From positions 1 through 64,000 of the IMG/VR virus record IMGVR_UViG_3300025467_000009: DNA of 64,000 nt; one strand, 5' to 3'. Below the pieces are notes generated by a model that saw only the letters and a program-made list of their open reading frames with translations, did no database searches and was not told the origin of the DNA. Of the stretch, positions 48,772 through 59,147 are shown in pieces. Position 1 is the first letter of the stretch. Each line of letters starts with the position of its first letter. This DNA is from a virus. Made by a program: the position numbers and the translations under genes.

Positions 48772-49776
48772 ATGCCAATGCTTCAGACCTTTGGAGAGGA
48801 TTCTGCTAGAGATTTTGGTTTTGCTGATGGTAATATAGGTATTGCATTACCTTCACTTTATACATTCCCAATAAGTTCTTATATAACTTTTACTTCAGGG
48901 GGAATAACTGGAAAGTCTGGGCCTAATTTATCTCAAGCAATTGCAGGTTTAAGCTCTAATCAAAGTACAAGTTGGTCTAGTAATACTGCTTTTTTTAATA
49001 TGGTTATAAATGGAGTCCAAGAATGGACTGTACCAATCACTGGTACATATCAATTTCAATTAGCTGGTGGGGCTGGTGGGCAAGGTACGGGTAGTAGGAT
49101 GTCAGGGTCAGGAAATGTTTATAGAGGGTATGGAAGAACTCTAACAGGGACTTATAATTTAATTTCTGGTGATATTATTAGAATTGTTATTGGTCAAGCA
49201 GGTGGAGTAGGTAGCGGTGGTTGGAACCTGGGTGGAGGTGGCGGGACTTTTGTATATTATAAAAATACAAATGTTCCTCTTTTTATTGCTGGTGGAGCCG
49301 GAGGTTCTAATCAATGGACTGTAACTCCTGGTAATGATGGATTAATTGGTACTAGTGGTGGGAATGGTACAGGTCAATCTGCAGGTGTTGGAGGCACTAA
49401 CGGTTCATTTGGTACCGGTGTTCAAAATGGTGGTCAAGGACAGGGTGGAAATGCAACACTTACAGGGGACTCTCAGTCTGCTGGTGGTGGAGGGTTTGGT
49501 ACCCCTACATCAACTTATACAGGTGGTAACTCAGGTGGAACTGGTGGTGGTGTAGGCGGTTTTGGTTGTGGTGGTGGAGCAGCAAATGGTAATTCAGCTG
49601 CAGCTGGTGGTGGCGGTGGAGGTGGTTTTTCAGGTGGTGGCGGTGGTGGTTCTTATAATGGTACACAGGGTATTGGAAGTGGTGGTGCAGGTGGAAGTTA
49701 CGGAATTGCTACTATAACAGATTTAGGTGTTTATAATCAACCAAATGGTTATGCAACTATTACAAGGATAGCATAA
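48772..49776 (+). CDS. Glycine-rich fibre tip protein, family B
   Basis: MPMLQTFGEDSARDFG; QEWTVPITGTY; polyglycine. Confidence 0.75.
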   Translation: MPMLQTFGEDSARDFGFADGNIGIALPSLYTFPISSYITFTSGGITGKSGPNLSQAIAGLSSNQSTSWSSNTAFFNMVINGVQEWTVPITGTYQFQLAGGAGGQGTGSRMSGSGNVYRGYGRTLTGTYNLISGDIIRIVIGQAGGVGSGGWNLGGGGGTFVYYKNTNVPLFIAGGAGGSNQWTVTPGNDGLIGTSGGNGTGQSAGVGGTNGSFGTGVQNGGQGQGGNATLTGDSQSAGGGGFGTPTSTYTGGNSGGTGGGVGGFGCGGGAANGNSAAAGGGGGGGFSGGGGGGSYNGTQGIGSGGAGGSYGIATITDLGVYNQPNGYATITRIA

Positions 49777-49839
49777 TGCCTCTACTTCAAACTTTTGGAG
49801 AAGACTCTGCTAGAGATTTTGGTTTTGCTGATGGTAATA
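48802..49839 (+). repeat. 34-nt exact direct repeat (48802-48835 and 49806-49839) in tandem paralogues
   Basis: TCTGCTAGAGATTTTGGTTTTGCTGATGGTAATA occurs twice. Confidence 0.85.
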
Positions 49840-50843
49840 ATCTTAATACAAACAGTATACCTCCATTATATCCATTTAATATTAATACTACACTTACTTT
49901 TACTGCAGGAACAGCTACAGGTCAAAATGGACCTAATCTTTCTCAAGCACTTAGTGGTTTAACTTCTAATGCAAGTACAAGTTGGGCAAGCAATACTGCT
50001 TTTTTTAATATGACTCAAAATGGTTATCAGTTATGGACAGTCCCTGCAACTGGATTATATCAAATTAAAGCATTTGGTGCTCCAGGTGCTAGTACTAATT
50101 TAGTTGTTGGTGCTGGTGCAATAATTCAAGCTACAGTTCAATTAGTACAAAGTGGAATTGTTACTATATTGGTAGGACAATATGGGCAATCTTCAACAAG
50201 TGGTGGCGGTGGTGGTGGGACTTTTGTAACTAGTGGAACTAATTATACTTCATCGCCTCTCATCATTGCTGGCGGTGGAGGTGGCGGTCTTGATGGTAAT
50301 GGTGCCTATAGTATTGCAGGAGCTCAGGGACAAATGAATTTTACTGCATCTAATTCAGCAGATAATTCTGGTATTGGGGGAGGTAACGGTGGTACAGGTT
50401 ACGGTGGTACTGGCTCTAATAATGGTTGGGGTGGTGGAGGTGGTGGATTTTATGGTTCAGGTACTGCAGCAGCTAATGCAGCAGGATACGGATATAGTGG
50501 AGCTGGTAGTGGTTTTGTAAATGGTGCAACTGGTGGAAATACAGCAACCAGTGCTTATGGTGGTTTTGGTTGTGGTGGTGGAACTCACGGTAATACTGGT
50601 GGAGGTGGAGCTGGTGGTGGTTATACTGGGGGTGGTGGAAGTAATCAAAATCAAAGCCCCGACAATGGAGGCGGTGGCGGTTCTTATATTATTTCTTCTG
50701 CTACTAATGTAAGTACTAGTACAGGTACTTGGGCCGGTACTAGTACTTTTAATGGTTCTACTATTATTAACCTTAATTCTTATAATGGAACTTATAGAGG
50801 TACTCTAGTTAACGGTTCTGTTACTATAACAAGGTTATCATAA
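49776..50843 (+). CDS. Glycine-rich fibre tip protein, family B (tandem paralogue)
   Basis: MPLLQTFGEDSARDFG; YQLWTVPATGLY. Confidence 0.75.
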   Translation: MPLLQTFGEDSARDFGFADGNNLNTNSIPPLYPFNINTTLTFTAGTATGQNGPNLSQALSGLTSNASTSWASNTAFFNMTQNGYQLWTVPATGLYQIKAFGAPGASTNLVVGAGAIIQATVQLVQSGIVTILVGQYGQSSTSGGGGGGTFVTSGTNYTSSPLIIAGGGGGGLDGNGAYSIAGAQGQMNFTASNSADNSGIGGGNGGTGYGGTGSNNGWGGGGGGFYGSGTAAANAAGYGYSGAGSGFVNGATGGNTATSAYGGFGCGGGTHGNTGGGGAGGGYTGGGGSNQNQSPDNGGGGGSYIISSATNVSTSTGTWAGTSTFNGSTIINLNSYNGTYRGTLVNGSVTITRLS

Positions 50844-53800
50844 TGCAAAGCATATACGGAGACTCAAAAGCCGTACTTAAAGATGGTATAGTATTAGATA
50901 GCGGTAGTAAAAGAGCTCTTACTATCAATATAAAAATTACTCAAGTAAGTAGTAATTATGCCTATGGTGTTTACCGTTATTACGGTTATTTAATTAAAGG
51001 TATATTCCCAGCCTCTCAAAGAGTATATCAAAATGGTATACTTTACCCTACCCAAACTATTCGTAATCTTGTAGCAAATGTTTTTGTTACAACTTCTGCA
51101 CCAAGTAAAGTTTTTAGATTACTCCCACCTACCCTTGGCAATACCTATGTTTATATTACCAACCTTTTTAATAGAGGCAGTAATTTACTCTTCCCAGTTA
51201 GAATCCAACAACGTTCGGTCAGTGCTTCAAATATTAGTGTAGCTGCTCCCGTACAAAAAACTACAAGTAAAGTAATTACAGCAATACAAGGGTATGCAAG
51301 TAGTGCCCTAGAAGGTATTCAGAGATATATTGGTAACTTTCAATTAGTTGGAGAACAAATATCTAATTCATTTAAAGGTGGATTGGAATACTACTACCCT
51401 ACAATACAAACCGGACTTAACAGAACAGTTTATGCTTCCCAAATTGGAGCGGCCGGTATAAGAAGATTAAAATCATTTTTTATCTTTTCACAACAAACTT
51501 CTGGAAGTATTGCACTTGAAGGTATTGGACGTAACTGGACTCTTGGTAACCAAATTTCTGCTGCCTTTAAAGGTGGAACTGCTTACTATATAGTTCCTAT
51601 TATTTATACACTTTATAAGTTAATAAATGCTGTAAATGTTGGTGCAGCTAGTGTACAAAAGACTAGAACTGCATTTATTAAAGTCCTTCAAACTTCAGCA
51701 AGTATTGCACTAGATGGGGTTACTAGAGCTAACTTTAATCTTGGTGTATATATCACCAATGCTTTTAACCGTGGCTCAGCATACCTTCCTTCTCCACAAC
51801 CACCAATTTCACTTCCTAAGTCTGCTATTGCCTCTGTTATTGGTGCAGCTAGAACTTCTAAAGCAATAAGTAAAAATGTAACTATAGTTAGAGTTAACAC
51901 TTCTTACTTTATTGAAAATATTAATAGAGTAGTTAAGTATACCGGTCGCCAAATCTCCCAAGCATTATTTGGTGGTGAAACACTATTCCCATCACAAAGA
52001 ACTTTAAATAGAACAGCAGTTGCATCCTTTACTGGAACTATTTATGTAAAAGCTTCATTTATCAAACTACCAAAATTAATTTCAGTTGTACAAGTTAGTG
52101 CTCAAAGTTTACAATACTTAAGAATTAAAAAAGTTCAAGCTTTACTTACAAATACTGCTTTTGCTTTAAGACCACCAATTGTTAGAGTTAGGCTTATAAA
52201 TGCAGTTCAAGTTAATATAAGTAGGGCTGTTAAGTTAGTTTTTAAAGGTAAGTTTGCTTCTGTCACTCAATTTAATAGTGCTAGTCTTATAAGAACTACT
52301 TTCAGAAGTAGAAACTACAATGCAACTCAAGTTGGTGTTGGTGTAATACACTATATTAGAGGAAGAAATATAAAAGCTGTTTCTACTAATGCAGCTAAGT
52401 CTCTTAAAAGTATAAGTAAATTAATTCGTGTTTCAAAAACTAATACTTCTTATGCTATTAAAGTATTCAACCCAGTTAAAAGAATTTCAGTAACACAAAT
52501 AAGAAGTTCTTACTTTATTAAAGTACACAATCCAATTCGTGCAGTTAAAGTTACCTTAATTAATACTGCTAGTGTATTTAAACAAAGAACAGATTTCAGA
52601 AATATAACAGTTACTTTATTCAATATTGCTAAACCTCGTTATTCTAGAAATAAGATGATATATTCTACTACTTTAAGTAGTTCTAAGCTTCGTACAGTTA
52701 GAACAAAGAATATTTATGCTTCATTAAATAATATTGCTAAAGTTTCTACAACAAGAGTTAAAACTGTTAGAGCAACATTAATTAATATAGCACCACCTAG
52801 ATATATTACTAGGGGTAAAGCAGTTTCTCCTGCAACATCAATTAATATAACTAAAAATTATAGACGTAAAGCACTTCTTAGATTCCCAACCGCTGTAGAA
52901 GTTTTCTATTTTGGTGATTTCAGAAACTTTCAAAAAGATACCGGTAAGGCTGTAATTTTATATTCTGCTAAAGTTTTAAAAAGTTCTCAGTTTTTTAGAA
53001 AAGTATCAGTTACTAGAATAAACACAGCCTCATTGCTTAGAATTGCAAACAGAGTACGTAAAGCTCAAGCCACTTTAGTTAATTCAAGTAGATCTATTAC
53101 TGTAAGAATTAGAAATATTAGAGTTACTCAACTTAATATTCCAAGAATATATAAAGTTCAACTTAAAAATATAAAGGTACTTAATGTTAATTCTTCTTTC
53201 TTAAGAAGAAATCAACTTAAAGTTATTAGAGCAACAAATATTTCTATACCTAGAATTACAACTACTCGCAGTAAAAAAGTTAGGGTATTACAAACTAATG
53301 TTTCTAGGTTTAGTGTAGTTAAAGTTCGTAGAGTATTTTCTGCAGTACAAGTTAATAGTTCTAAAGTTCAGTATGTTAGAAGTCGTAACATTAGAGCAAC
53401 TCAAGTTAGAACTTCTATAAATACTAATACTAAACATCGTGTAAGATATGTTAAAGCTCTACTAACTAACACTTCTTACTTTATGAGAATTAGACATTAC
53501 AACCGAAAGGCAACCGCTAATCAAGTTGTTGGTGCAACTGTTACTAGAACTCACCAATACCGTAGAAATGTTAAAGTTACTACTTCTTACTCTATTGGTA
53601 CTAATCGTAGTGTTAACTATATTAGAAAAGCTAAAGCAACTTCTGTAGGTTCAATTACTTCTAGAAAATATCTTGGAAAACACTTAGGTATTCAAGTAGA
53701 AGCCATTTACCGCATGGCTCAAAATATTATTACTAAGCTTAACATTCCAGTAATAAGTAATATTTCTAGGAAGCAAGGAATTACAACTAAGATTAACATT

Positions 53801-53974
53801 CCGGTTATTTCTAGAGCATCTAATCAACAACTTAATATTAGTGACCAATGGACCACACCTAATAATGGTGAATCTGTACCTGGAGACGGACCTGTTATCT
53901 ATGATGAAGGCCCAGTAGATTATTCAGAAACCAATGATGAACTGGGTTTTGATACTATTCCTGAACCCAAGTAA
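50843..53974 (+). CDS. Very basic, repetitive beta-strand protein (1043 aa)
   Basis: About 19-aa periodic R/K-x-I-x-A/V-T repeats; acidic C-terminal tail. Confidence 0.7.
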   Translation: MQSIYGDSKAVLKDGIVLDSGSKRALTINIKITQVSSNYAYGVYRYYGYLIKGIFPASQRVYQNGILYPTQTIRNLVANVFVTTSAPSKVFRLLPPTLGNTYVYITNLFNRGSNLLFPVRIQQRSVSASNISVAAPVQKTTSKVITAIQGYASSALEGIQRYIGNFQLVGEQISNSFKGGLEYYYPTIQTGLNRTVYASQIGAAGIRRLKSFFIFSQQTSGSIALEGIGRNWTLGNQISAAFKGGTAYYIVPIIYTLYKLINAVNVGAASVQKTRTAFIKVLQTSASIALDGVTRANFNLGVYITNAFNRGSAYLPSPQPPISLPKSAIASVIGAARTSKAISKNVTIVRVNTSYFIENINRVVKYTGRQISQALFGGETLFPSQRTLNRTAVASFTGTIYVKASFIKLPKLISVVQVSAQSLQYLRIKKVQALLTNTAFALRPPIVRVRLINAVQVNISRAVKLVFKGKFASVTQFNSASLIRTTFRSRNYNATQVGVGVIHYIRGRNIKAVSTNAAKSLKSISKLIRVSKTNTSYAIKVFNPVKRISVTQIRSSYFIKVHNPIRAVKVTLINTASVFKQRTDFRNITVTLFNIAKPRYSRNKMIYSTTLSSSKLRTVRTKNIYASLNNIAKVSTTRVKTVRATLINIAPPRYITRGKAVSPATSINITKNYRRKALLRFPTAVEVFYFGDFRNFQKDTGKAVILYSAKVLKSSQFFRKVSVTRINTASLLRIANRVRKAQATLVNSSRSITVRIRNIRVTQLNIPRIYKVQLKNIKVLNVNSSFLRRNQLKVIRATNISIPRITTTRSKKVRVLQTNVSRFSVVKVRRVFSAVQVNSSKVQYVRSRNIRATQVRTSINTNTKHRVRYVKALLTNTSYFMRIRHYNRKATANQVVGATVTRTHQYRRNVKVTTSYSIGTNRSVNYIRKAKATSVGSITSRKYLGKHLGIQVEAIYRMAQNIITKLNIPVISNISRKQGITTKINIPVISRASNQQLNISDQWTTPNNGESVPGDGPVIYDEGPVDYSETNDELGFDTIPEPK

Positions 53975-54019
53975 AATGTACTAGAACTAAAAACTCATTT
54001 AAGGAACATAGGAGATATT

Positions 54020-54511
54020 ATGACTGATGTAAGACAAACAATTGTAGATTGGGCCAAGTGGTCAGCTGCAAACCACGCAAAATTTAATTACACTGAAGGT
54101 CCTTTACGCATGACCAATATTGGAAGGCCTGGTGCATTACCAGTAAATTCTGATTGTTCTGCTTTTGTAACTCTTTGCTATAACTGGGCCGGTGCACCAG
54201 ATCCAAATGGTCAAAGTTACAACCACACAGGATACACAGGAACACTACTTTCTCATGGTAAAAAGATTGCACTTAAGGATGTTCTTCCTGGAGATGTTAT
54301 TGTTTATGGTCCTGGGACCGGTGAACACACTGCTCTAATTGTAGATGTAACAGGTCCTAATGCAACCAATCCATTGACTATTTCAATGGGACAACAAGGT
54401 GACCCATCTTATGTTCACGTTAACCAAGATGGCCGTAAGCCTCAAACTTATCTTCGTTTTAACACTAGTGCTATTAACGCACATTCTTCACACACTCCAC
54501 AAACAAAGTAG
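54020..54511 (+). CDS. NlpC/P60 peptidoglycan hydrolase
   Basis: SDCSAFV, PGDVIVYG, EHTALIV motifs; AGGAG RBS. Confidence 0.85.
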   Translation: MTDVRQTIVDWAKWSAANHAKFNYTEGPLRMTNIGRPGALPVNSDCSAFVTLCYNWAGAPDPNGQSYNHTGYTGTLLSHGKKIALKDVLPGDVIVYGPGTGEHTALIVDVTGPNATNPLTISMGQQGDPSYVHVNQDGRKPQTYLRFNTSAINAHSSHTPQTK

Positions 54512-54517
54512 GACTAA

Positions 54518-55633
54518 ATGGCTGGCCCTTACGGACAAAGACTTCGTTATAATTTTATAACAGGAACCATTAGTGGTATTAGTGCTGGTAATGTTATTAC
54601 CTTTTCAACAACTGGGGCACTAGGACCAAGCATAATTACTAGTGGTACAAATTACTTACCACTAACAATTAACCCTGCCACCTATGGTAGTACAGCCGCA
54701 AGTGAAATTGTTTATGTTTTTAGTTACACTGGTGGTAGTACAGCAACTTGTGCCCGTGCTCAAGAAGGTACTGCTAATGGTGGTAGTTGGGCAAATGGTA
54801 CAGTATATGCTCACGGTGCAACACCACAAGACTTTGGTCTAACCAATATGGTTGCAAATGGTGACATGCCTACTCCTATGGGTGATATGTACATGTTAGT
54901 ATCAAGTGGTACAGCAAGTCCATCAACTACAACTGCAGTATGGAGTATGTACACCCCTGGTACTATGCTTTCAGGTTTCCTTACTGGCCCTGGAGTTACC
55001 ATAAGTGGTAAACAAATTACCAGTAACATTCCAGCAGCTCAAGTTAGTGGGGTACTAGGAACTACTTATGGTGTTCAAGTACCTGCAACAACCCTTTCAG
55101 GAAACGCAACTACTAGTTTTCAAGTTCCCGGTAGTCAAGTATTTGGACCACTTTCTGCAAGTGGTGTAACTGGTGCACTTAACCAAGCTACAATTTCTGG
55201 TAATGCAATAACAGGAACTATTTCAGGTTCTCAAATTACAGGTATACTTAGTGGTGGGGTAGTAATTCCTGCAAGTACAGTTTCTGGAACACTTAATGGT
55301 CCTAACATTGCACTTTCAGTTGCCAATGTTACTTATGGATTAACTACAGTTACAGGGACAACTTACACAGTTCAATTGACTGATGCCGCAAACATTATTC
55401 AAATGCAAAATACTGCAACTGCAACTGTTACATTACCAACAGGTATTTTTGCTACTGGTCAACAAACAAGTATACTTCGTCAAAATACCGGGGCAGTTCT
55501 TTTCACTAGTTCAGGAACATTAATTTCTACAGGTGCAACTGCATCAAGTCCTGCAATGAGAGCTCAATATTCAGTTGCTACAGCAATTTATTTAGGAACC
55601 AACACTTGGTTGGTAACCGGAGATGTTGCCTAG
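54518..55633 (+). CDS. Fibre protein, divergent family A
   Basis: EIVYV...RAQEGT module; C-terminal LRAQYS.AT-type end (MRAQYSVATAIYLGTNTWLVTGD). Confidence 0.7.
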   Translation: MAGPYGQRLRYNFITGTISGISAGNVITFSTTGALGPSIITSGTNYLPLTINPATYGSTAASEIVYVFSYTGGSTATCARAQEGTANGGSWANGTVYAHGATPQDFGLTNMVANGDMPTPMGDMYMLVSSGTASPSTTTAVWSMYTPGTMLSGFLTGPGVTISGKQITSNIPAAQVSGVLGTTYGVQVPATTLSGNATTSFQVPGSQVFGPLSASGVTGALNQATISGNAITGTISGSQITGILSGGVVIPASTVSGTLNGPNIALSVANVTYGLTTVTGTTYTVQLTDAANIIQMQNTATATVTLPTGIFATGQQTSILRQNTGAVLFTSSGTLISTGATASSPAMRAQYSVATAIYLGTNTWLVTGDVA

Positions 55634-55635
55634 TC

Positions 55636-57501
55636 ATGATTCCTGGGGTAATTGCATCTTCTTGGCGACTTACTGGTCCCTTAGCAATAATTACCAGTAA
55701 TGTAACTACAAGACTTTACACTGGGAAAACTACAAATTTTGGTTATGTAAGTGCTACAGGTGGTAGTACAGTTTATAGTTTTAGTTCTACAGCACTCCCC
55801 ACAGGATTAACACTTAATGCAAGTACAGGTTACCTTTCTGGTAATATAACAGCAGCAACTGGTAGTTATACAGTTACTTTTACTGTAACAGATATCAGTA
55901 CAAGTTTTACTAAACAAGGTTCTGTTACATTTACAGTTACAACAGCACTTGCACTTTCTACCGCAAGTCTTAATACTTCAGGTTCTATAGGAACTCCATA
56001 TAGTAGTTCTATTACAGCAACAGGTGGTGCAGGAAGTTATGTGTATTCAGTTAATTCTGGTAGTTTACCTAATGGACTTACTTTAAATACTAGTACAGGT
56101 GCAATAACAGGAACCCCAACTACAGGTGGAACAAGCACTGTAACCTTTAAAGTAGTTGATGCAGACAGTAACCAAGTTACATCTAGTTCGGTTACTTTCT
56201 CAATTACTGTAACATTAACTGTAAGTGACAGTGATGGTTCAGGAACTATTGTTAAAACTGATGGTGCCAGTATGGGAACCATTAGTGCAACTGGTGGAAC
56301 TGGTCCTTACACTTATTCCTATGCTGGTAATTTGCCTACAGGAACTAGTTTTGGAGCATCTTACCCAAGTTATGGAAGTAGTGGTTCTATTACAGGAACT
56401 GTTGCAACTGCTGGTGCAGGTGGTACATTTACAGTTACTTTTTATGCCAAAGATTCACTTGGTAACACAGGGCAAACTACTGTTACATATTCTGTTACAG
56501 GTGTTGCTCCAAATGCAGTTACAGGACTTACTGCCACTGTAACAAACTCTACTACTGTTGCTTTAAGTTGGAGTCTACCTACAGGTGGAGGTCCAATTAA
56601 TAGTATTAGTATATCTAGTACACCTTCTATATCATTGAGTTACAGTACTACAAGTACTTCAACAAGTGCAAGTGTAACTGGAAGTTTTGTTCCAGGGACT
56701 TCTTATACCTTTACTGTTACTACTACTAATGGTACAGGTTCTGCAAATGCTACAAGTAATAATGTAACTCCAGCAGCTACAACACTTACTGTTAACTATA
56801 TTGTAGTGGGTGGTGGAGGTGGTGGTGGTTGGTATACAGGTGGTGGAGCAGGTCAAGTTGTAACTGGTTCAACTTCTGTTACTCTTGGAAATGCCATCTC
56901 TATTAGTACGGGTGCTGGTGGAACTTATATTGGCGGACAAAATGGCGGTAATGCAGGCTCTGCAACAGTAGTTACTGGCGGTATAGTTTCCACTGCAGGT
57001 GGTGGTAATGGTGGAGCTTCTGGATCACCAGGCACTGGTAATAAAGGCTCTGGTGGTAGCAGCGGTAATGGTTATAGTGGTGGAGCAGGAGCTAGTTATC
57101 GAGGCGGTGGAGGTGCTGGTGCTGCTGGCAATGGTGCAGCTGGTACAGGTACTACTACGGGGAATAGTATTGGTGGTAATGGTGGGGCATACTGGGGAAG
57201 TATTTACATTTCTTTTGCAGGTGGAGGAACTTATTTGCCAATTGGTTATGGTGGTGAAGGTCACGGTACAGCCGCTAACGGTAATGGTAATGGCAATAAT
57301 GGTGGTTCTTATGGTGGTGGAGGTGCTTGGGAACAACAAGGCAGTGGTGGTATGGTAGCATTCTGGTGGTCATCAAGTAATTACCCAGGAACTCCAAGTA
57401 CTACTGGTGTAGAATTTGCTGGAACAGATGCTTCAGGAAATGTTATTTATATATGGGGTTCTGGTAGTACCGGTGGTAGCAGTGGGACAATTACTTTTTA
57501 A
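55636..57501 (+). CDS. Putative Ig (He_PIG) repeats, FN3 and Gly-rich fibre protein
   Basis: LP.GLTLN.STG.(I/L)(S/T)G repeats; PNAVTGLTA..V.LSW FN3; MIPGVIASS start at 55636. Confidence 0.75.
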   Translation: MIPGVIASSWRLTGPLAIITSNVTTRLYTGKTTNFGYVSATGGSTVYSFSSTALPTGLTLNASTGYLSGNITAATGSYTVTFTVTDISTSFTKQGSVTFTVTTALALSTASLNTSGSIGTPYSSSITATGGAGSYVYSVNSGSLPNGLTLNTSTGAITGTPTTGGTSTVTFKVVDADSNQVTSSSVTFSITVTLTVSDSDGSGTIVKTDGASMGTISATGGTGPYTYSYAGNLPTGTSFGASYPSYGSSGSITGTVATAGAGGTFTVTFYAKDSLGNTGQTTVTYSVTGVAPNAVTGLTATVTNSTTVALSWSLPTGGGPINSISISSTPSISLSYSTTSTSTSASVTGSFVPGTSYTFTVTTTNGTGSANATSNNVTPAATTLTVNYIVVGGGGGGGWYTGGGAGQVVTGSTSVTLGNAISISTGAGGTYIGGQNGGNAGSATVVTGGIVSTAGGGNGGASGSPGTGNKGSGGSSGNGYSGGAGASYRGGGGAGAAGNGAAGTGTTTGNSIGGNGGAYWGSIYISFAGGGTYLPIGYGGEGHGTAANGNGNGNNGGSYGGGGAWEQQGSGGMVAFWWSSSNYPGTPSTTGVEFAGTDASGNVIYIWGSGSTGGSSGTITF

Positions 57502-57510
57502 GGATAAAAT

Positions 57511-58377
57511 ATGAGACCAAGACCCGTACCTCAATATGCAATTGAACCAGTTGGAATTATGATTTATTCTAACGGTGTACTTATTGACCCTGATAACGAT
57601 ATTGTCACACTTACAATGGTAAATACAGACAATAATACAACTGTTATTCCTAGCGGTACACTTGCCACCCGTGAAAGTGTTGGTCAATATCAGTATACAC
57701 TTACAAGTTCAGAATCTAGTATTCAAGGAAATTACCAAGTAAATTGGTATTACACTGTTAGTGGTAGTGGAAGACAATATCAAGATAATTTGGTGATAAC
57801 TGACCAAATGCCTTATTTCCAAAATTTAACTTACGACCAAAGACAAATAGCCATAGGCATTGCTCACAGAATTGACAAGAGTTTTGACTCAACTCAAGGT
57901 GGGCCTTACTTGCAAGAACTTCAACAAAGTGGTTTTAACTTGTTTGAAGAAGTAGCATACATCATGAGTACAGAAGCACTTGACTATTGCAACTTTGAAT
58001 TCCAACCAATTTTTACACCAGCTTATGAAGTTGGGAATAATGCAATGGCACCATGGCCTTCAACTTACATGGGTGTTCTTGCAACTCAAACATATGCAAA
58101 CTTCTTAAAGCACATTGCTCGTAACTACATTGAACAACCAACACCTGAAGGTATGACAGCGGCTTGGATGAATCGCCGTGACTACTATCAACGTTGGTGG
58201 CAACTTTATGAATTTGAAAAAGAAATTGCAGATAAGCAACTTCGCCAAATGAAGCGTCAATACATGGTTGGTTCTAAGAGAAGTCTTTTGGTTGCTGGTG
58301 GACTTATTCCACGTATGTTTACCAATCCAGCACGTCCTCACTACATGTATGCCTCAGTTAACGCTGGTGGTATTTAA
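57511..58377 (+). CDS. Head-tail adaptor (neck) protein
   Basis: Position and resemblance to Bxz1-like neck proteins (RNYIEQP...RRDYYQRW). Confidence 0.6.
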   Translation: MRPRPVPQYAIEPVGIMIYSNGVLIDPDNDIVTLTMVNTDNNTTVIPSGTLATRESVGQYQYTLTSSESSIQGNYQVNWYYTVSGSGRQYQDNLVITDQMPYFQNLTYDQRQIAIGIAHRIDKSFDSTQGGPYLQELQQSGFNLFEEVAYIMSTEALDYCNFEFQPIFTPAYEVGNNAMAPWPSTYMGVLATQTYANFLKHIARNYIEQPTPEGMTAAWMNRRDYYQRWWQLYEFEKEIADKQLRQMKRQYMVGSKRSLLVAGGLIPRMFTNPARPHYMYASVNAGGI

Positions 58378-59147
58378 TGTCTAATGTCCCTAATGACATT
58401 CCAAATACTTGGGGACTTGGTATTGACCCACAACCTTTGCCGGTACAACCTGCACCTGAACCTTTTGGTCAACTTCCTTACCAACAAGAAAGTCCTTTAC
58501 TAGTAGTAAAGCAAAGAGACCTTTGGGCAGAAATTGACCAACAAAGATTTCATGATGAAACTTTGCAATGGTTTGGCGAAGAGTGCATTGTTAGATTACT
58601 TTGGCGTGCAGAAGATGCAGCCGCTGGATTAGTTACTTACTGCCAGACATGCCAAGTAACTCCAAACCCAACACAACCTAATGCCAATGTTAAAGCAAGA
58701 GCAAGTGCTGTTTACAGACAAAGTGGTAACAGTTATTGCCCTGATTGTTATGGTACTACATTTACAGGTGGTTTTCAACCTATTGCCTATCACCTTTACA
58801 TGTTAGCATCTGATACACCTGATATTCGTAGAAGTATGCAAGTTGGTCAATTCTGGCAACAGAATCCATCTGTTCAATTCTCATGGTATCCACAAATTCG
58901 CCAAGGTGATTTGGTTGTTAGAGTTGAAAATTGGAACGGTAATGTCCCAACTTTTACTTCACAGAGATTTCAAGTAAATAATGTTAATCCAGTTACTATT
59001 CGTACAGGTCCTGGTCCAAGTTCTCAATACCCTTATAGAGTTGGTACTACACAACCTTTTCAGAATACAAATAAAATTGTAAATCAAACTTGTACACTAG
59101 AAGCATTACCACCTGACAGTCCTTACTATTCGGTACCAGTTATATGA
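58377..59147 (+). CDS. Head closure/neck protein with zinc finger
   Basis: CQTC...CPDCYGTTFTGGF...GDLVVR. Confidence 0.6.
   Translation: MSNVPNDIPNTWGLGIDPQPLPVQPAPEPFGQLPYQQESPLLVVKQRDLWAEIDQQRFHDETLQWFGEECIVRLLWRAEDAAAGLVTYCQTCQVTPNPTQPNANVKARASAVYRQSGNSYCPDCYGTTFTGGFQPIAYHLYMLASDTPDIRRSMQVGQFWQQNPSVQFSWYPQIRQGDLVVRVENWNGNVPTFTSQRFQVNNVNPVTIRTGPGPSSQYPYRVGTTQPFQNTNKIVNQTCTLEALPPDSPYYSVPVI

Noticed and set aside
34943-57501. Diversity-generating retroelement or invertible tail-fibre switch
   Set aside because: No reverse transcriptase or invertase, no adenine-specific TR/VR pair and no inverted cassettes were seen; the repeats are ordinary paralogy.
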